Source: Nitrosopumilus sp.
GTDB taxonomy: Archaea > Thermoproteota > Nitrososphaeria > Nitrososphaerales > Nitrosopumilaceae
Direction of reading: 5' to 3'
Length of the DNA: 64,000 nt
Assembly: GCA_965223425.1 (NCBI GenBank)
Contig: OZ245003.1
Span: 512,001-576,000, forward strand
Shown here: positions 1 through 10,730 of the stretch, in pieces
Position numbering within the stretch: the first letter of the stretch is position 1
Layout: each line of letters starts with the position of its first letter
Program-made: the position numbers and the translations under genes
The notes under the pieces: model-generated
Database searches by the model: none
What the model was told of the DNA's origin: nothing
What the model saw: the letters and a program-made list of their open reading frames with translations, nothing else

Positions 1-1
1 A

Positions 2-922
2 ATTCTTGAACCTGTTTTAGGTAATGTGAGTGTCTTGGGAACTCCGATGATATTTGTTGATGAGGTGGACGGAATTCATGGTCGTGGAGATTATGGCGGT
101 GTTGCGGCACTTGTTGAAATTCTAAAGGAACCCACAGTTCCTATTGTTCTTGCCGCAAATGATGACACGCAAGATAAAATGAAAAATATCAAAAAAGCAG
201 TTAAGACAATCTCTTTCAAAAGAATTCCGCCACGTCTCTTGAGAGTCTATCTTGAAAATATCCTGAAAAAAGAAAATGCAAAACTGAGTCCTGGATCTTT
301 GATTAAAGTCATTGTCAAATCACGTGGCGACATACGTTCAATGATTAACCTTACTCAATCTCTGGTTACCGGGTTTAATCCCCAAACTGAAACATCTTTT
401 GAAAGTATTAATGTTGAAGATGGCATAAACGCATTCTTTAAAGCAAACTCGATTGAAGAAGCCAGAAGTGTTTTATATTCAATGCAAATTGATCCACGAG
501 AAAAAATTAATGCGTTTTACTCTAGTATTATTACATCCAATCTGGATAATGCCTCTCTTGCAAAATACTTGGAAGTTATTTCAAGTGCTGACATGCTTTA
601 TGGAAAAATTATGAAAACTCAAAACTGGAGACTGTTACGCTATCTTAATGATATTTTGATCAAATTATACCAAAACGATGATCGAATTAGATATGCACAG
701 TACAATCTTTCTTGGCCTCTGCTAAACAGAATTCGTTGGGATGGTGCTAAAATTAAATCCTTGTCATCTGTTATGGCAAAAAAATTGCATCTCTCCTCAA
801 GTTCTTTTGTCACACTTTGCTTGCCATTTGTTTTGCTTTGTATTAAAAATAAAACTTTGGAATTGGAATTAGAAGAGACATTTGGTGATATTATTGAAAA
901 GGAGGTTGAACTAATTCAATGA
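2..922 (+). CDS. rfcL: Replication factor C large subunit, 5'-truncated by the window edge
   Basis: Walker B FVDEVDG, LAAND and GDIRSMIN clamp-loader motifs; frame is open to the window start. Confidence 0.85.
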   Translation: MLEPVLGNVSVLGTPMIFVDEVDGIHGRGDYGGVAALVEILKEPTVPIVLAANDDTQDKMKNIKKAVKTISFKRIPPRLLRVYLENILKKENAKLSPGSLIKVIVKSRGDIRSMINLTQSLVTGFNPQTETSFESINVEDGINAFFKANSIEEARSVLYSMQIDPREKINAFYSSIITSNLDNASLAKYLEVISSADMLYGKIMKTQNWRLLRYLNDILIKLYQNDDRIRYAQYNLSWPLLNRIRWDGAKIKSLSSVMAKKLHLSSSSFVTLCLPFVLLCIKNKTLELELEETFGDIIEKEVELIQ

Positions 923-1230
923 GTTGGAGAAAAATTCCCATGAAGTTTCCGGGAACTTGCATAGTATGTAATGACAAAATTGAGGTTAATGAGATTGGAT
1001 TGTGGGCAAAAGGGTTGGGTGTTAAACATGAAAAATGTGCTCAAATTAACGAACTGCAATGTGTAGTTTGTGGCGCACCTGCAGGTTGCCCTCAATGTGA
1101 ATTTCAAGAAAATTGTAATATTCCTAATGTGTCCCAACTGTGTATATGTAAGAAATGTAGCGAGGAAAAAGATGCTTTTAGTTCCTATCAAAGATCGGCA
1201 AAGAAGAAATTTCCAATTATTAATTTCTGA
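919..1230 (+). CDS. Cys-rich putative zinc-binding hypothetical protein
   Basis: Several CxxC/HxxC motifs; ATGA overlap with rfcL. Confidence 0.75.
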   Translation: MSWRKIPMKFPGTCIVCNDKIEVNEIGLWAKGLGVKHEKCAQINELQCVVCGAPAGCPQCEFQENCNIPNVSQLCICKKCSEEKDAFSSYQRSAKKKFPIINF

Positions 1231-1319
1231 AATGAATTTGGATTTTTGTAAAAATCTGATAATTTTTCTGCAATCAAATTAAATTAATATATGAAACCAT
1301 TTTGCTTTAGATTACTATT

Positions 1320-2867
1320 ATGCATTCTGAAAAGATTGAAGGGTATACTAAGAGAAATAACACGGCCTTGCAAGGGGGCGGTCAAGACAGAATCAAGGCC
1401 CAACATGATAAGGGTAAATTAACTGCTCGAGAAAGGATCGATCTTTTACTTGATGAGGGCACCTTTACTGAAATTGATCCAATGGTGACTCATCATTATC
1501 ATGAATATGACATGCAGAAAAAGAAGTTCTTTACAGATGGTGTAGTTGGTGGATATGGAACAGTTAATGGGAGACAAATCTTTGTCTTTGCTTATGATTT
1601 CACTGTGCTTGGTGGAACATTGAGTCATATGGGTGCAAAAAAAATTACTAAACTAATGGATCATGCAGTAAGAACCGGATGTCCAGTCATTGGAATAATG
1701 GATTCTGGTGGTGCAAGAATTCAAGAAGGAATTATGAGCCTTGATGGATTTGCAGATATATTTTATCATAATCAATTAGCTTCTGGAGTAATTCCGCAAA
1801 TTACTGCAAGTATTGGTCCTTCTGCAGGCGGTTCTGTCTACTCTCCTGCAATGACGGACTTTGTAATTATGGTGGATAAAGCAGGAACCATGTTTGTTAC
1901 AGGACCTGATGTGGTCAAGACTGTGTTGGGCGAAGAAATTTCATTTGATGACCTTGGCGGAGCTATGACTCATGGCTCAAAGAGCGGCGTTGCGCATTTT
2001 GTTGCACAAAATGAATACGAATGTATGGACTGCATAAAAAAATTAATCTCATATCTGCCACAAAATAACACTGAAGAACCACCCAAAGTCACAACTGATG
2101 ATGATCCAAACAGACTAGATCATAATCTGATTAACATAATTCCTGAAAATCCATTACAACCTTATGACATGAAAGAGATCATAAACTCAGTTGTTGACAG
2201 TCATGAATTCTTTGAAGTTCATGAATTGTTTGCGCCAAATGTTGTTGTAGGCTATGGAAGATTGAATGGTCAAACTGTTGGAATTGTAGCAAACAATCCC
2301 ATGCATCTTGCAGGCGCACTTGATATTGATTCATCAAACAAGGCAGCACGATTTATCCGATTCTGTGATTCATTTAACATACCCATTGTCACTTTAGTTG
2401 ATACTCCAGGTTACATGCCCGGTTCCAATCAAGAACATAACGGAATCATTAGACATGGAAGTAAACTACTTTATGCATACTGTGAAGCCACTGTTCCACG
2501 AATTACACTGGTTGTTGGAAAAGCATATGGTGGCGCATACATTGCAATGGGAAGTAAAAATCTCAGAACAGATGTCAACTATGCTTGGCCAACTGCTAGA
2601 TGTGCTGTACTGGGCGGAGAAGCGGCCGTCAAAATCATGTATAGAAAAGAATTACAGACGTCTGATGATCCTGAGGCATTCAAAAAACAGTTAATTGATG
2701 AATTTGCTGAAAAATTTGAAAATCCTTACGTTGCTGCTTCTCACGGAACCGTTGATAATGTGATTGATCCAGCTGAAACAAGACCCATGTTAATCAAGGC
2801 ACTTGCAATGCTTGCAAACAAAAGAGAGAAACAGCTACCTAGAAAACATGGAAATATCAACTTGTGA
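1320..2867 (+). CDS. pccB: Acetyl-/propionyl-CoA carboxylase, carboxyltransferase subunit (3HP/4HB cycle)
   Basis: GKLTARERIDLLLD, DSGGARIQEG, KAYGGAY, RKHGNINL. Confidence 0.95.
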   Translation: MHSEKIEGYTKRNNTALQGGGQDRIKAQHDKGKLTARERIDLLLDEGTFTEIDPMVTHHYHEYDMQKKKFFTDGVVGGYGTVNGRQIFVFAYDFTVLGGTLSHMGAKKITKLMDHAVRTGCPVIGIMDSGGARIQEGIMSLDGFADIFYHNQLASGVIPQITASIGPSAGGSVYSPAMTDFVIMVDKAGTMFVTGPDVVKTVLGEEISFDDLGGAMTHGSKSGVAHFVAQNEYECMDCIKKLISYLPQNNTEEPPKVTTDDDPNRLDHNLINIIPENPLQPYDMKEIINSVVDSHEFFEVHELFAPNVVVGYGRLNGQTVGIVANNPMHLAGALDIDSSNKAARFIRFCDSFNIPIVTLVDTPGYMPGSNQEHNGIIRHGSKLLYAYCEATVPRITLVVGKAYGGAYIAMGSKNLRTDVNYAWPTARCAVLGGEAAVKIMYRKELQTSDDPEAFKKQLIDEFAEKFENPYVAASHGTVDNVIDPAETRPMLIKALAMLANKREKQLPRKHGNINL

Positions 2868-2873
2868 TCAAAG

Positions 2874-4361
2874 ATGATTGAAAAAGTACTTATCGCAAAC
2901 AGAGGGGAGATTGCTTTACGTGTAATTAGAACTTGCAAAAGACTTGGAATTAAAACAGTTGCAGTTTATTCTGATGAAGATTACAACTCCCTGCACGTAA
3001 AGCAAGCAACTGAGGCATATCATATTGGTGAGGCGGCCCCTGCAAAGTCATACCTTAACCAAGAAAAAATTCTCGATGTGATGCTATCGGCAGGCGCTGA
3101 TGCTGTTCATCCGGGCTATGGCTTTCTTTCTGAAAATGATGACTTTGCAAGATTATGTGAAAAAAATAAAATTAATTTCATTGGCCCTTCTGCTGACTCT
3201 ATGAACCTTTGTGGTGATAAAATGCGATGCAAGGCCGCAATGCTAAAAGCCAAGGTACCCACCGTACCTGGAAGTCCTGATTTAGTTAAGGATGTAGACG
3301 AGGCAGAAAAGATTGCAAACGATATCAGTTATCCCGTATTGCTAAAATCAGTTTATGGCGGCGGAGGGCGTGGAATTAGACTGGCCACCAATGATAAAGA
3401 ATTGCGTGAGGGCTACGAATCAGTTACAGGGGAATCGATTGCGGCTGTAGGGAAATCAGCAATTCTTGTAGAAAAATTCCTAGAGAAAACAAGACACATT
3501 GAATATCAAATGGCAAGAGACACCCATGGCAATGCCGTTCATATCTTTGAAAGAGAATGCTCAATTCAAAGACGCAACCAAAAATTAATTGAACAAACTC
3601 CCTCTCCAATTGTTGATGAGGAAACAAGGGAACGTATAGGAGAAATCGTGCGCAATGCAGCTGATGCAGTTGACTATACCAATCTGGGTACAGCAGAGTT
3701 TCTAAGAGCTGACAATGGCGAATTCTATTTTATTGAAATTAATGCTAGATTGCAAGTAGAACACCCAATTACAGAATATGTGTCCGGGCTGGACTTGGTT
3801 AAACTACAGCTTGATATCGCAAATGGTGAACCGATTCCATTCAAACAAAAAGATCTCAAAATGAATGGATATGCAATTGAATGTAGAATCAATGCAGAGG
3901 ACACTTTCTTGGACTTTGCACCCTCTACTGGACCGGTTCCGGATGTGACAATACCTGCAGGACCGGGTGTTAGATGTGACACTTATCTGTACTCTGGATG
4001 CACAGTTTCTCCGTTTTATGACTCGTTAATGGCAAAACTCGTTACATGGGGACAGACATTTGATGAATCCAGAACAAGAATGCTTGCTGCATTAAATGAC
4101 TTTTACATTCAAGGAGTTGAAACCTCGATTCCCCTCTACAAAACAATTCTAAATTCAGATGAATACAAAAACGGTGAACTCTCAACTGATTTTCTCAAGC
4201 GTTTTGGTATGATTGACAGACTAACTGAAGACCTTAAGAAAGAAAAAGAAGAGAAAAGTGAAGCCGCTTTGGCTGCCGCAATAATTCATTCTGAATACTT
4301 TAAGAGCCGCGTACAAAACCACGCTGCTAGCAATCCTAACTGGAAAAACAAATTGGATTGA
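2874..4361 (+). CDS. accC: Biotin carboxylase subunit
   Basis: KVLIANRGEIA, HPGYGFLSEN, RECSIQRRNQK, EINARLQVEHP. Confidence 0.96.
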   Translation: MIEKVLIANRGEIALRVIRTCKRLGIKTVAVYSDEDYNSLHVKQATEAYHIGEAAPAKSYLNQEKILDVMLSAGADAVHPGYGFLSENDDFARLCEKNKINFIGPSADSMNLCGDKMRCKAAMLKAKVPTVPGSPDLVKDVDEAEKIANDISYPVLLKSVYGGGGRGIRLATNDKELREGYESVTGESIAAVGKSAILVEKFLEKTRHIEYQMARDTHGNAVHIFERECSIQRRNQKLIEQTPSPIVDEETRERIGEIVRNAADAVDYTNLGTAEFLRADNGEFYFIEINARLQVEHPITEYVSGLDLVKLQLDIANGEPIPFKQKDLKMNGYAIECRINAEDTFLDFAPSTGPVPDVTIPAGPGVRCDTYLYSGCTVSPFYDSLMAKLVTWGQTFDESRTRMLAALNDFYIQGVETSIPLYKTILNSDEYKNGELSTDFLKRFGMIDRLTEDLKKEKEEKSEAALAAAIIHSEYFKSRVQNHAASNPNWKNKLD

Positions 4362-4367
4362 TGGATA

Positions 4368-4883
4368 ATGGACTATAAAATACAAGATCTTGAAAAATCA
4401 TTTGACGGAAAAATAACTGAAAGTCTTGGAAATAATGAATATGTCATTAAAATTAATGATGCTGAACACCAGCTAAAAATTCTAAATATTAATTCAAAAG
4501 GAATTGAATTTATTTTGGACCAAAACTACCACAGAGCAAAATATCTTGAACAATCTACAAATGAAGTGAGCCTAGTAATCGATAATGTCCCAGTTACTCT
4601 TAACATGTATACTCATTTTGATCAAGTAGTTTACAAAAATTCCGGTGGAGGTGCTGGCGCTGGTAATGCACAATTAGCTTTGAAGAGTCAAATTCCAGGC
4701 AAAGTTGTTTCCATTGCAGTCGCTGAAGACGATTCCGTAAAGAAGGGCGATGTTGTCTGTACTTTGGAGTCCATGAAAATGCAAGTTGCAGTTAAAGCGC
4801 ACAAAGATGGTACTATCAAATCAATAAAAATTAAAGAAGCAGGAACTGTCGCCAAAGGCGACGCAATCGTAGATATAGAATAA
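4368..4883 (+). CDS. accB: Biotin carboxyl carrier protein
   Basis: LESMKM biotinylation motif; operon context. Confidence 0.92.
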   Translation: MDYKIQDLEKSFDGKITESLGNNEYVIKINDAEHQLKILNINSKGIEFILDQNYHRAKYLEQSTNEVSLVIDNVPVTLNMYTHFDQVVYKNSGGGAGAGNAQLALKSQIPGKVVSIAVAEDDSVKKGDVVCTLESMKMQVAVKAHKDGTIKSIKIKEAGTVAKGDAIVDIE

Positions 4884-4897
4884 AAAAGGGATGTTTC

Positions 4898-5362
4898 CTA
4901 TTTTAGGAAATTTTTAATTTCTTCATAGTTTGGCTCTTTTAATGGATCTTCTGAAACCCATTTGTAACCGATCTTTCCATCTTCCATAATTATGAATACA
5001 GAACGTTTTGCAGCATTGTAGTCCTTGATGTGCAACAAATCTTTTAACAGTATGTCGTAATCACGAATTGTTTTACTGCTGTAATCTCCCAATAATGGGA
5101 AATTAAAATTATTTTTTTCTGCAAATGCTTTGTTTGCAAATGGACCGTCATTACTGATTGCTATTACTTGTGCACCAAGGTCAGAAATTTCTTGCAAAGA
5201 GTCCCTGAATGTGCATAACTCTGTTTCACAAACTGGAGAACTTGCAGCAACGATGAATGAAAGTACAATCTTTTTTCCTTTAAATTCATCCAAAGCCCGC
5301 AATTTCAATTCTGTATCTGGAAGTTCAAAGTCAGGAGCAGTGTCTCCAATATTCAATGACAT
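4898..5362 (-). CDS. Peroxiredoxin (AhpC/Bcp family)
   Basis: GDTAPDFEL, SPVCETELC, FPLLGD. Confidence 0.9.
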   Translation of the reverse strand: MSLNIGDTAPDFELPDTELKLRALDEFKGKKIVLSFIVAASSPVCETELCTFRDSLQEISDLGAQVIAISNDGPFANKAFAEKNNFNFPLLGDYSSKTIRDYDILLKDLLHIKDYNAAKRSVFIIMEDGKIGYKWVSEDPLKEPNYEEIKNFLK

Positions 5363-5475
5363 TGTCGATTTTTGTCATTATCCTATTAAGTAGTTTACAA
5401 AAATCATTTTTTCCAAAATTTGATCGAAAAAAGGAGGCATACCTTTTTATACAAAAATTCGGTCAAAAAGCTAAA

Positions 5476-5850
5476 TTGGTCGGGGAATTAGCGGGCAATT
5501 ATAGTACCGTTGTATTGATGTTTGTGTTTGGCATAGTCGCAATGGCACCTGCCTTGGTAATTTCAAGAATGATTTCGCCGCGAAAACGAAGTAATCCTGT
5601 TAAATTTCTGCCAATGGAATGTGGCCAAGTCCCCTCAGGAGAAGGGCGAACTCACTTTATGATGCAGTATTACCCTTACATTCTGATGTTTGTAGTATTT
5701 GATGTCATGGCAATTTTCTTGTATGCGTGGGGAAGTTCTCTTTTAGAACTCCCAAAGAGTGCAACTTTACCTATGATTGGATTTTTGGGTATAATGTTTG
5801 GAGCAATGTCGTTTGCTTTGTATCAGTCAGGGAGACGAAGAATATGGTAG
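5476..5850 (+). CDS. nuoA: Complex I subunit A (start probably TTG 5476)
   Basis: PMECG, YILMFVVFDV; first gene of the nuo cluster. Confidence 0.9.
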   Translation: MVGELAGNYSTVVLMFVFGIVAMAPALVISRMISPRKRSNPVKFLPMECGQVPSGEGRTHFMMQYYPYILMFVVFDVMAIFLYAWGSSLLELPKSATLPMIGFLGIMFGAMSFALYQSGRRRIW

Positions 5851-5890
5851 TTTTTTATACAAATCACATCTACGAGGATAGGGAGTAAGA

Positions 5891-6415
5891 TTGCTTAAAG
5901 ACTTGGTAACACCAGAAAACGCAAATGTCTTTGTAGGAAAGTTGGGAGACATTTTAGAAAGAGCAATCGGTAAGCCATTGGGCTACGCCATCAATTGGGG
6001 TAGAATCTGGTCACTCTGGCCTGTTCACATTGAAACAGCTTGTTGCAGTGTCGAATTTGGCGCAGCATCAAGTCCTAGATATGATGTTGAAAGATTTGGT
6101 ATCATCGAGGCATTTGGATCACTAAGACAATGTGATCTGATTGTTGTTCAAGGAACTATTACAAGAAAAATGGCACCACGTCTCAGATTAGTTTATGATC
6201 AAATGCCAGAACCAAAGTATGTAATTGCTATGGGAGCTTGTGCAATTACTGGAGGACTGTATTTTGATTCATACAATGTACTTCCAGGAATTGACGGAGT
6301 TATTCCAGTTGATGTCTATGTTCCGGGTTGCCCACCTAGACCTGAAACTCTTATCCAAGGATGTATTTTGTTACAAGAGAAAATCAAGAGAATGAAGGCT
6401 AGGACGTTTGTATAA
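5891..6415 (+). CDS. nuoB: Complex I subunit B
   Basis: TACCSVE, AMGACA, YVPGCPPRPE. Confidence 0.96.
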   Translation: MLKDLVTPENANVFVGKLGDILERAIGKPLGYAINWGRIWSLWPVHIETACCSVEFGAASSPRYDVERFGIIEAFGSLRQCDLIVVQGTITRKMAPRLRLVYDQMPEPKYVIAMGACAITGGLYFDSYNVLPGIDGVIPVDVYVPGCPPRPETLIQGCILLQEKIKRMKARTFV

Positions 6416-7005
6416 TGAGTTCTGATTCTGAAAATCCCGCAGAGGAAAAACCAGTAGCAAAACCTGCACCAAAGCCTGCTGCAAAAAAACCTGAAGAAGA
6501 ACCAGTAGAGTTACCTGCATTTGAGAAGGGAATCTCTGAAAAGATTGTTGAAAAGTTTGGTGACAAAGTCAAAGTCACATTCGTAAAAGAAGACAGGGTT
6601 GGAATCAGCGCCAGCAAAGATGATGTACACGATGTTGCAGAATTCATTCGTGATGGCTTGAACTATGATCATGTCGAATCTGTTTCAGGAGTGGATTACC
6701 CAGCAGATAAAGAGATTGAAGTTGTTTATCATATTGGTTCTTACAGCGACTCCTCATTAGCAAGACAGATCCTTGTTCTATCTACAAGAGCTCAGCGAGA
6801 AGAAAATCCGATCCCCGGAAATGATGCCACTAAACTCCCTAGTCTTAGAGATGTATTCTATAGTGTAGAATTTCATGAAAGGGAAGTTTTTGAAATGCTT
6901 GGTGTTTTCTTTGAAGGTCATCCAGATAATAGAAGATTACTTTTGCCAGAAGATTGGGCAGACCTGCCTCCACTTCGAAAGGACTTTGCAATAAAGGGAA
7001 GATAA
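6415..7005 (+). CDS. nuoC: Complex I subunit C
   Basis: EREVFEMLGVFFEGHP, PLRKDF. Confidence 0.95.
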   Translation: MSSDSENPAEEKPVAKPAPKPAAKKPEEEPVELPAFEKGISEKIVEKFGDKVKVTFVKEDRVGISASKDDVHDVAEFIRDGLNYDHVESVSGVDYPADKEIEVVYHIGSYSDSSLARQILVLSTRAQREENPIPGNDATKLPSLRDVFYSVEFHEREVFEMLGVFFEGHPDNRRLLLPEDWADLPPLRKDFAIKGR

Positions 7006-7006
7006 A

Positions 7007-8143
7007 ATGACTGCAGAACTACCGCCAGGATTAGCACTCCAAAAAGTCGACGAGAGAATCATGACTCTCAATGTTGGGCCACAACATCCGGGTTCTGGCC
7101 ACATGAGACTTGTCGTGCAAATTGATGGTGACTACATTGTTGCATGTGACCCCGATCCCGGATATGTTCATCGTGGAGAAGAAAAGATGGCAGAATATAG
7201 AAATTATATCTTAAACATTCCTCACTTGGAAAGACCTGTAATTCATGATTCATGCAATGTACTTTATCCATATGTCTTAGGAGTTGAAGAAATTCTTGGA
7301 ATTGAAGTTCCTGAACGTGCAAAGTATGTTCGAGTTATTGCATCTGAGCTAAACCGGTGTATTTACACAATGTATTGGCTTGCAATTTACGGAATCTTCT
7401 TGGGACACTCTACAATGTTCATGTGGCCTGCAGGTGATCGTGAATTCTTGATTGATCTTATGGAAAAGATGACAGGAGCTAGGGTAACGCATGCACATTT
7501 TGTTCCTGGCGGAGTTAGAAATGACCTGCCACCAAACTTTGAGGACGTATGCTTGCGTCATGTTGACTATTTTGAAAAACGTATCAAGGAATATGCTGCA
7601 GTCTTTTATGATAACCCGATTCTAATTTCAAGAACTAAAGATACCGGTGTTTTATCGCGCCAAGATGCAATTAGACTTGGAACAACTGGTTCTGTACTTC
7701 GTGCAAGTGGCGTTGATTATGATCTAAGAAAGAAGGAGCCTTATGATGTCTATGACGAGTTAGACGTTCACACCAATGTGATGAAAGAAGGCGATTCTTA
7801 TGCAAGATCTGTCGTTCCTTGGCTTGATATGATGGAAAGCTGTAGCATTATCAGACAAGCATTACAAAAAATGCCAAAGTCTGGCTCTGTTAGGGTCAAA
7901 CTAAAACCAAATCCAAAAGGTAAGGGACTTGACACTGTATACAAACGTGTAGAATCTGGCAGGGGTTCTCTGGGTTGCTACATTGTTTCAGACGGAAAGC
8001 CTGAGCCATACAGACTAAAGATGAGCGTTGGCTCTTTTAGAAATTTGATTGCATTGCCATATCTTCTCAAAGGTGAAAAGCTCGGTAACATGCCATCTGT
8101 TTATTGGAGTCTTAATTATTGGCCAGTGGAGGCAGACAGGTAA
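7007..8143 (+). CDS. nuoD: Complex I subunit D
   Basis: LNVGPQHP, GYVHRGEEK, PYRLK. Confidence 0.95.
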   Translation: MTAELPPGLALQKVDERIMTLNVGPQHPGSGHMRLVVQIDGDYIVACDPDPGYVHRGEEKMAEYRNYILNIPHLERPVIHDSCNVLYPYVLGVEEILGIEVPERAKYVRVIASELNRCIYTMYWLAIYGIFLGHSTMFMWPAGDREFLIDLMEKMTGARVTHAHFVPGGVRNDLPPNFEDVCLRHVDYFEKRIKEYAAVFYDNPILISRTKDTGVLSRQDAIRLGTTGSVLRASGVDYDLRKKEPYDVYDELDVHTNVMKEGDSYARSVVPWLDMMESCSIIRQALQKMPKSGSVRVKLKPNPKGKGLDTVYKRVESGRGSLGCYIVSDGKPEPYRLKMSVGSFRNLIALPYLLKGEKLGNMPSVYWSLNYWPVEADR

Positions 8144-9442
8144 ATGTCAGTTATTGCACCACAATTCAAACTAAGTGAGTTCATAAAGTCGTTACTTGAT
8201 AACGCATTCTGGATTTTAATGATAATGGTTTTAGCTGGTATTCCAGCAGTTATGATAGTTCTGTTTGTTGTTGAAATGCCAGTAATTGATGGTGAGTTAC
8301 TCACGCCATTTCTTGCATTTTCTTGGTTAGTGGATCCTTCACGTACACTCCCTATTGTTCACGCGTTCATGGCAACTGACATGTTCAGAGTGATGGCATT
8401 TCCAGGATTTGGTTTTGCAGCATTACTGGCTGCTGGAACAATTTTTGTTGAAAGAAAGATGCTGGCAAAATTGCAATTAAGGGTTGGTCCATTTTACTGT
8501 GGAAAAATTGAGGGAATTTTGCAATTGATGGGAGATGGGCTAAAACTGATTTCTAAAGAAATTATCATTCCTGCCAAAGCTGACAAGCCGCTTTTCTGGG
8601 CAGCGCCGGTACTCTTTGTAGCTACTGCAGCTGCATTTGTTGCATTGATTCCTGTTGCACCTGGTTGGGTAGTTGCAGATATTGATATGGGGTTAATTGG
8701 AGTGTTTGCAGTGATTGGGTTCTTCCCAATCATTACCATTCTTTCTGCGTGGTCTGCAAACAGCAAGTATCCGTTCATTGGAGGCATTAGGGCTTTGTTC
8801 CAAATGGTTTCATTTGAAATTCCGTTGATATTGTCCTTGCTGGGGGTTGTTATGTTGACAGGAACTCTAAATCTGTCTGAAATTGTAGAAAGTCAGTCTA
8901 GTTTCCCATGGATTATATTTTTGCCAATTGGTGCTATTGTGTTCTTTATCACAATGCTTGCAGAGTTAGAAAGAATACCATTTGATCTACCAGAAGCAGA
9001 AAGTGAAATTGTAGCAGGCTGGCTGACGGAATTTTCTGGAATGATGTATGGACTTGTTCAGTTGGGAACTTATCTGAAACTTTATGCATTTGCAGCTTTG
9101 TTTGCTGTCTTGTTCCTTGGTGGATGGCATGGTCCAATGGTTGTCCCCCCATTCCCATCTGAAATTATTACTGAAGGAATTGTAATGGGTCCTGTTACTG
9201 CCAAGATTCCCGGATTGCCACTGTTCACACAAGAAATGCTTAATGGTACACTTTGGTTTGTCCTAAAAACAGTTGGAGTAATCTTCTTTATCCTCTTGCC
9301 AAGGGGCGTCTTCCCAAGAATCAGAGTTGATCTGTTGCTGAGTCTTGGTTGGACCAAGCTGATTGGACTTTGTTTCGTTAACATCTTTATTGCTCTAGGT
9401 TTGCTGTACGCTGGAGTATTGGGATTCGGAGGATTACAATGA
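8144..9442 (+). CDS. nuoH: Complex I subunit H
   Basis: ERKMLAKLQLRVGP, RIPFDLPEAESE, FPRIRVD. Confidence 0.95.
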   Translation: MSVIAPQFKLSEFIKSLLDNAFWILMIMVLAGIPAVMIVLFVVEMPVIDGELLTPFLAFSWLVDPSRTLPIVHAFMATDMFRVMAFPGFGFAALLAAGTIFVERKMLAKLQLRVGPFYCGKIEGILQLMGDGLKLISKEIIIPAKADKPLFWAAPVLFVATAAAFVALIPVAPGWVVADIDMGLIGVFAVIGFFPIITILSAWSANSKYPFIGGIRALFQMVSFEIPLILSLLGVVMLTGTLNLSEIVESQSSFPWIIFLPIGAIVFFITMLAELERIPFDLPEAESEIVAGWLTEFSGMMYGLVQLGTYLKLYAFAALFAVLFLGGWHGPMVVPPFPSEIITEGIVMGPVTAKIPGLPLFTQEMLNGTLWFVLKTVGVIFFILLPRGVFPRIRVDLLLSLGWTKLIGLCFVNIFIALGLLYAGVLGFGGLQ

Positions 9443-9939
9443 TGGGGACTGCTACAGGTATTATTCGTGCATTAAATTCTGGAATCAAACACATTGCAAT
9501 AAAGCGATTTACGCTTCGTTATCCTGAGGAGAAACTAAAGTTTGTAGGGGATGGATATCAATTTGATCCTTCAACTGGTGTAGGGATTGCAGGACTAAAG
9601 GGGCGCCATATGTTATTCCATGATCATTGTACTGGCTGCCAATTGTGCTCTATTGCATGCGAAGGGGTTGCCGAAGCAATTGCAATGGTAAAGGTTCCAG
9701 AAGAACACAAACAAAATAAAAAAGCAATCATGCCGCAGATTGATTATGGCAAGTGTGTTTTCTGCGGTCTTTGTGTTGATGCATGTCCATTTTACGCACT
9801 TTACATGACTAATGATTATGAATTATCATCATTTTCTAAAGAGGGATTAATCTATACCCCCGCTCAGCTTCAGGTCAAACCCTACGTTTCACAGGACAGT
9901 GAAATCCAAATAACAGATAGAGGTGCATCACATGGCTGA
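9439..9939 (+). CDS. nuoI: Complex I subunit I (2x 4Fe-4S)
   Basis: CTGCQLCSIAC and CVFCGLCVDACP. Confidence 0.95.
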   Translation: MMGTATGIIRALNSGIKHIAIKRFTLRYPEEKLKFVGDGYQFDPSTGVGIAGLKGRHMLFHDHCTGCQLCSIACEGVAEAIAMVKVPEEHKQNKKAIMPQIDYGKCVFCGLCVDACPFYALYMTNDYELSSFSKEGLIYTPAQLQVKPYVSQDSEIQITDRGASHG

Positions 9940-10444
9940 TGCTGCGTTTCTTGCATTAACCGTAATTACAATTGGCTCTGCAATTGCCGCACTTGAGTTA
10001 AGATCACTAATTTATGGCTCGATTGCTTTAATGGGAACCCTTGGCGGCATCGCCGGCTTCTTCTTGCTGTTGGATGCGCCATTTGTTGCATTGTTCCAAC
10101 TTGCAGTCTATGTTGGCTCTATTGCTGTTTTGATTTTGTTTACTGTAATGTTGGTAAAAAGAGAACTTATCTTCAAAAAAATCGAAGACAAAAGAAGAAA
10201 GTTTGCAGGAATTGGATTGATGCTTGTAGTGATGGTAGCATTAGGTGCAGTGTTCTTAGATTCTGGAATCAAGACAATAACTACTGATGAGCCACCAGTT
10301 GATTTTAGAGATATTGGTGTTGACTTTGTGACCTACTATTGGCCTGCATTAATTTTGATGGCATTAATTTTAGCAGGTTCTGTAACTGGCGCACTAGTTT
10401 TAGCTAAACGAGAGGATGTGGAAAATGACCAACGAACTAGTTGA
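9932..10444 (+). CDS. nuoJ: Complex I subunit J
   Basis: QLAVYVGSIAVLILFTVML; hydrophobic. Confidence 0.92.
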   Translation: MADAAFLALTVITIGSAIAALELRSLIYGSIALMGTLGGIAGFFLLLDAPFVALFQLAVYVGSIAVLILFTVMLVKRELIFKKIEDKRRKFAGIGLMLVVMVALGAVFLDSGIKTITTDEPPVDFRDIGVDFVTYYWPALILMALILAGSVTGALVLAKREDVENDQRTS

Positions 10445-10730
10445 TTTTACGCTTGTGTCAGTTGCCCTATTGGGAATAGGCATTTACGGTCTTGCAGTAA
10501 AGCGTAATTTTATTCGAATGTTATTTGCAGTCGAAATTATCATCAACGCGGCAAATCTTAACCTTGTTGCATTTGGCAGGTTCATACCTCACAGTGGCGG
10601 TCAAACTTTGGCGTTGTTCTCAATTGCAATTGCGGCTGCCGAAGTTGCAGTGGGACTTTCGTTAATTATCGTGGCCTATCGTATGTATCAGAATGTCGAT
10701 ATTGCAGACTTTAGGAGTTTGAAGGGATAA
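10425..10730 (+). CDS. nuoK: Complex I subunit K
   Basis: EIIINAANLN, AAAEVAVGL. Confidence 0.94.
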   Translation: MTNELVDFTLVSVALLGIGIYGLAVKRNFIRMLFAVEIIINAANLNLVAFGRFIPHSGGQTLALFSIAIAAAEVAVGLSLIIVAYRMYQNVDIADFRSLKG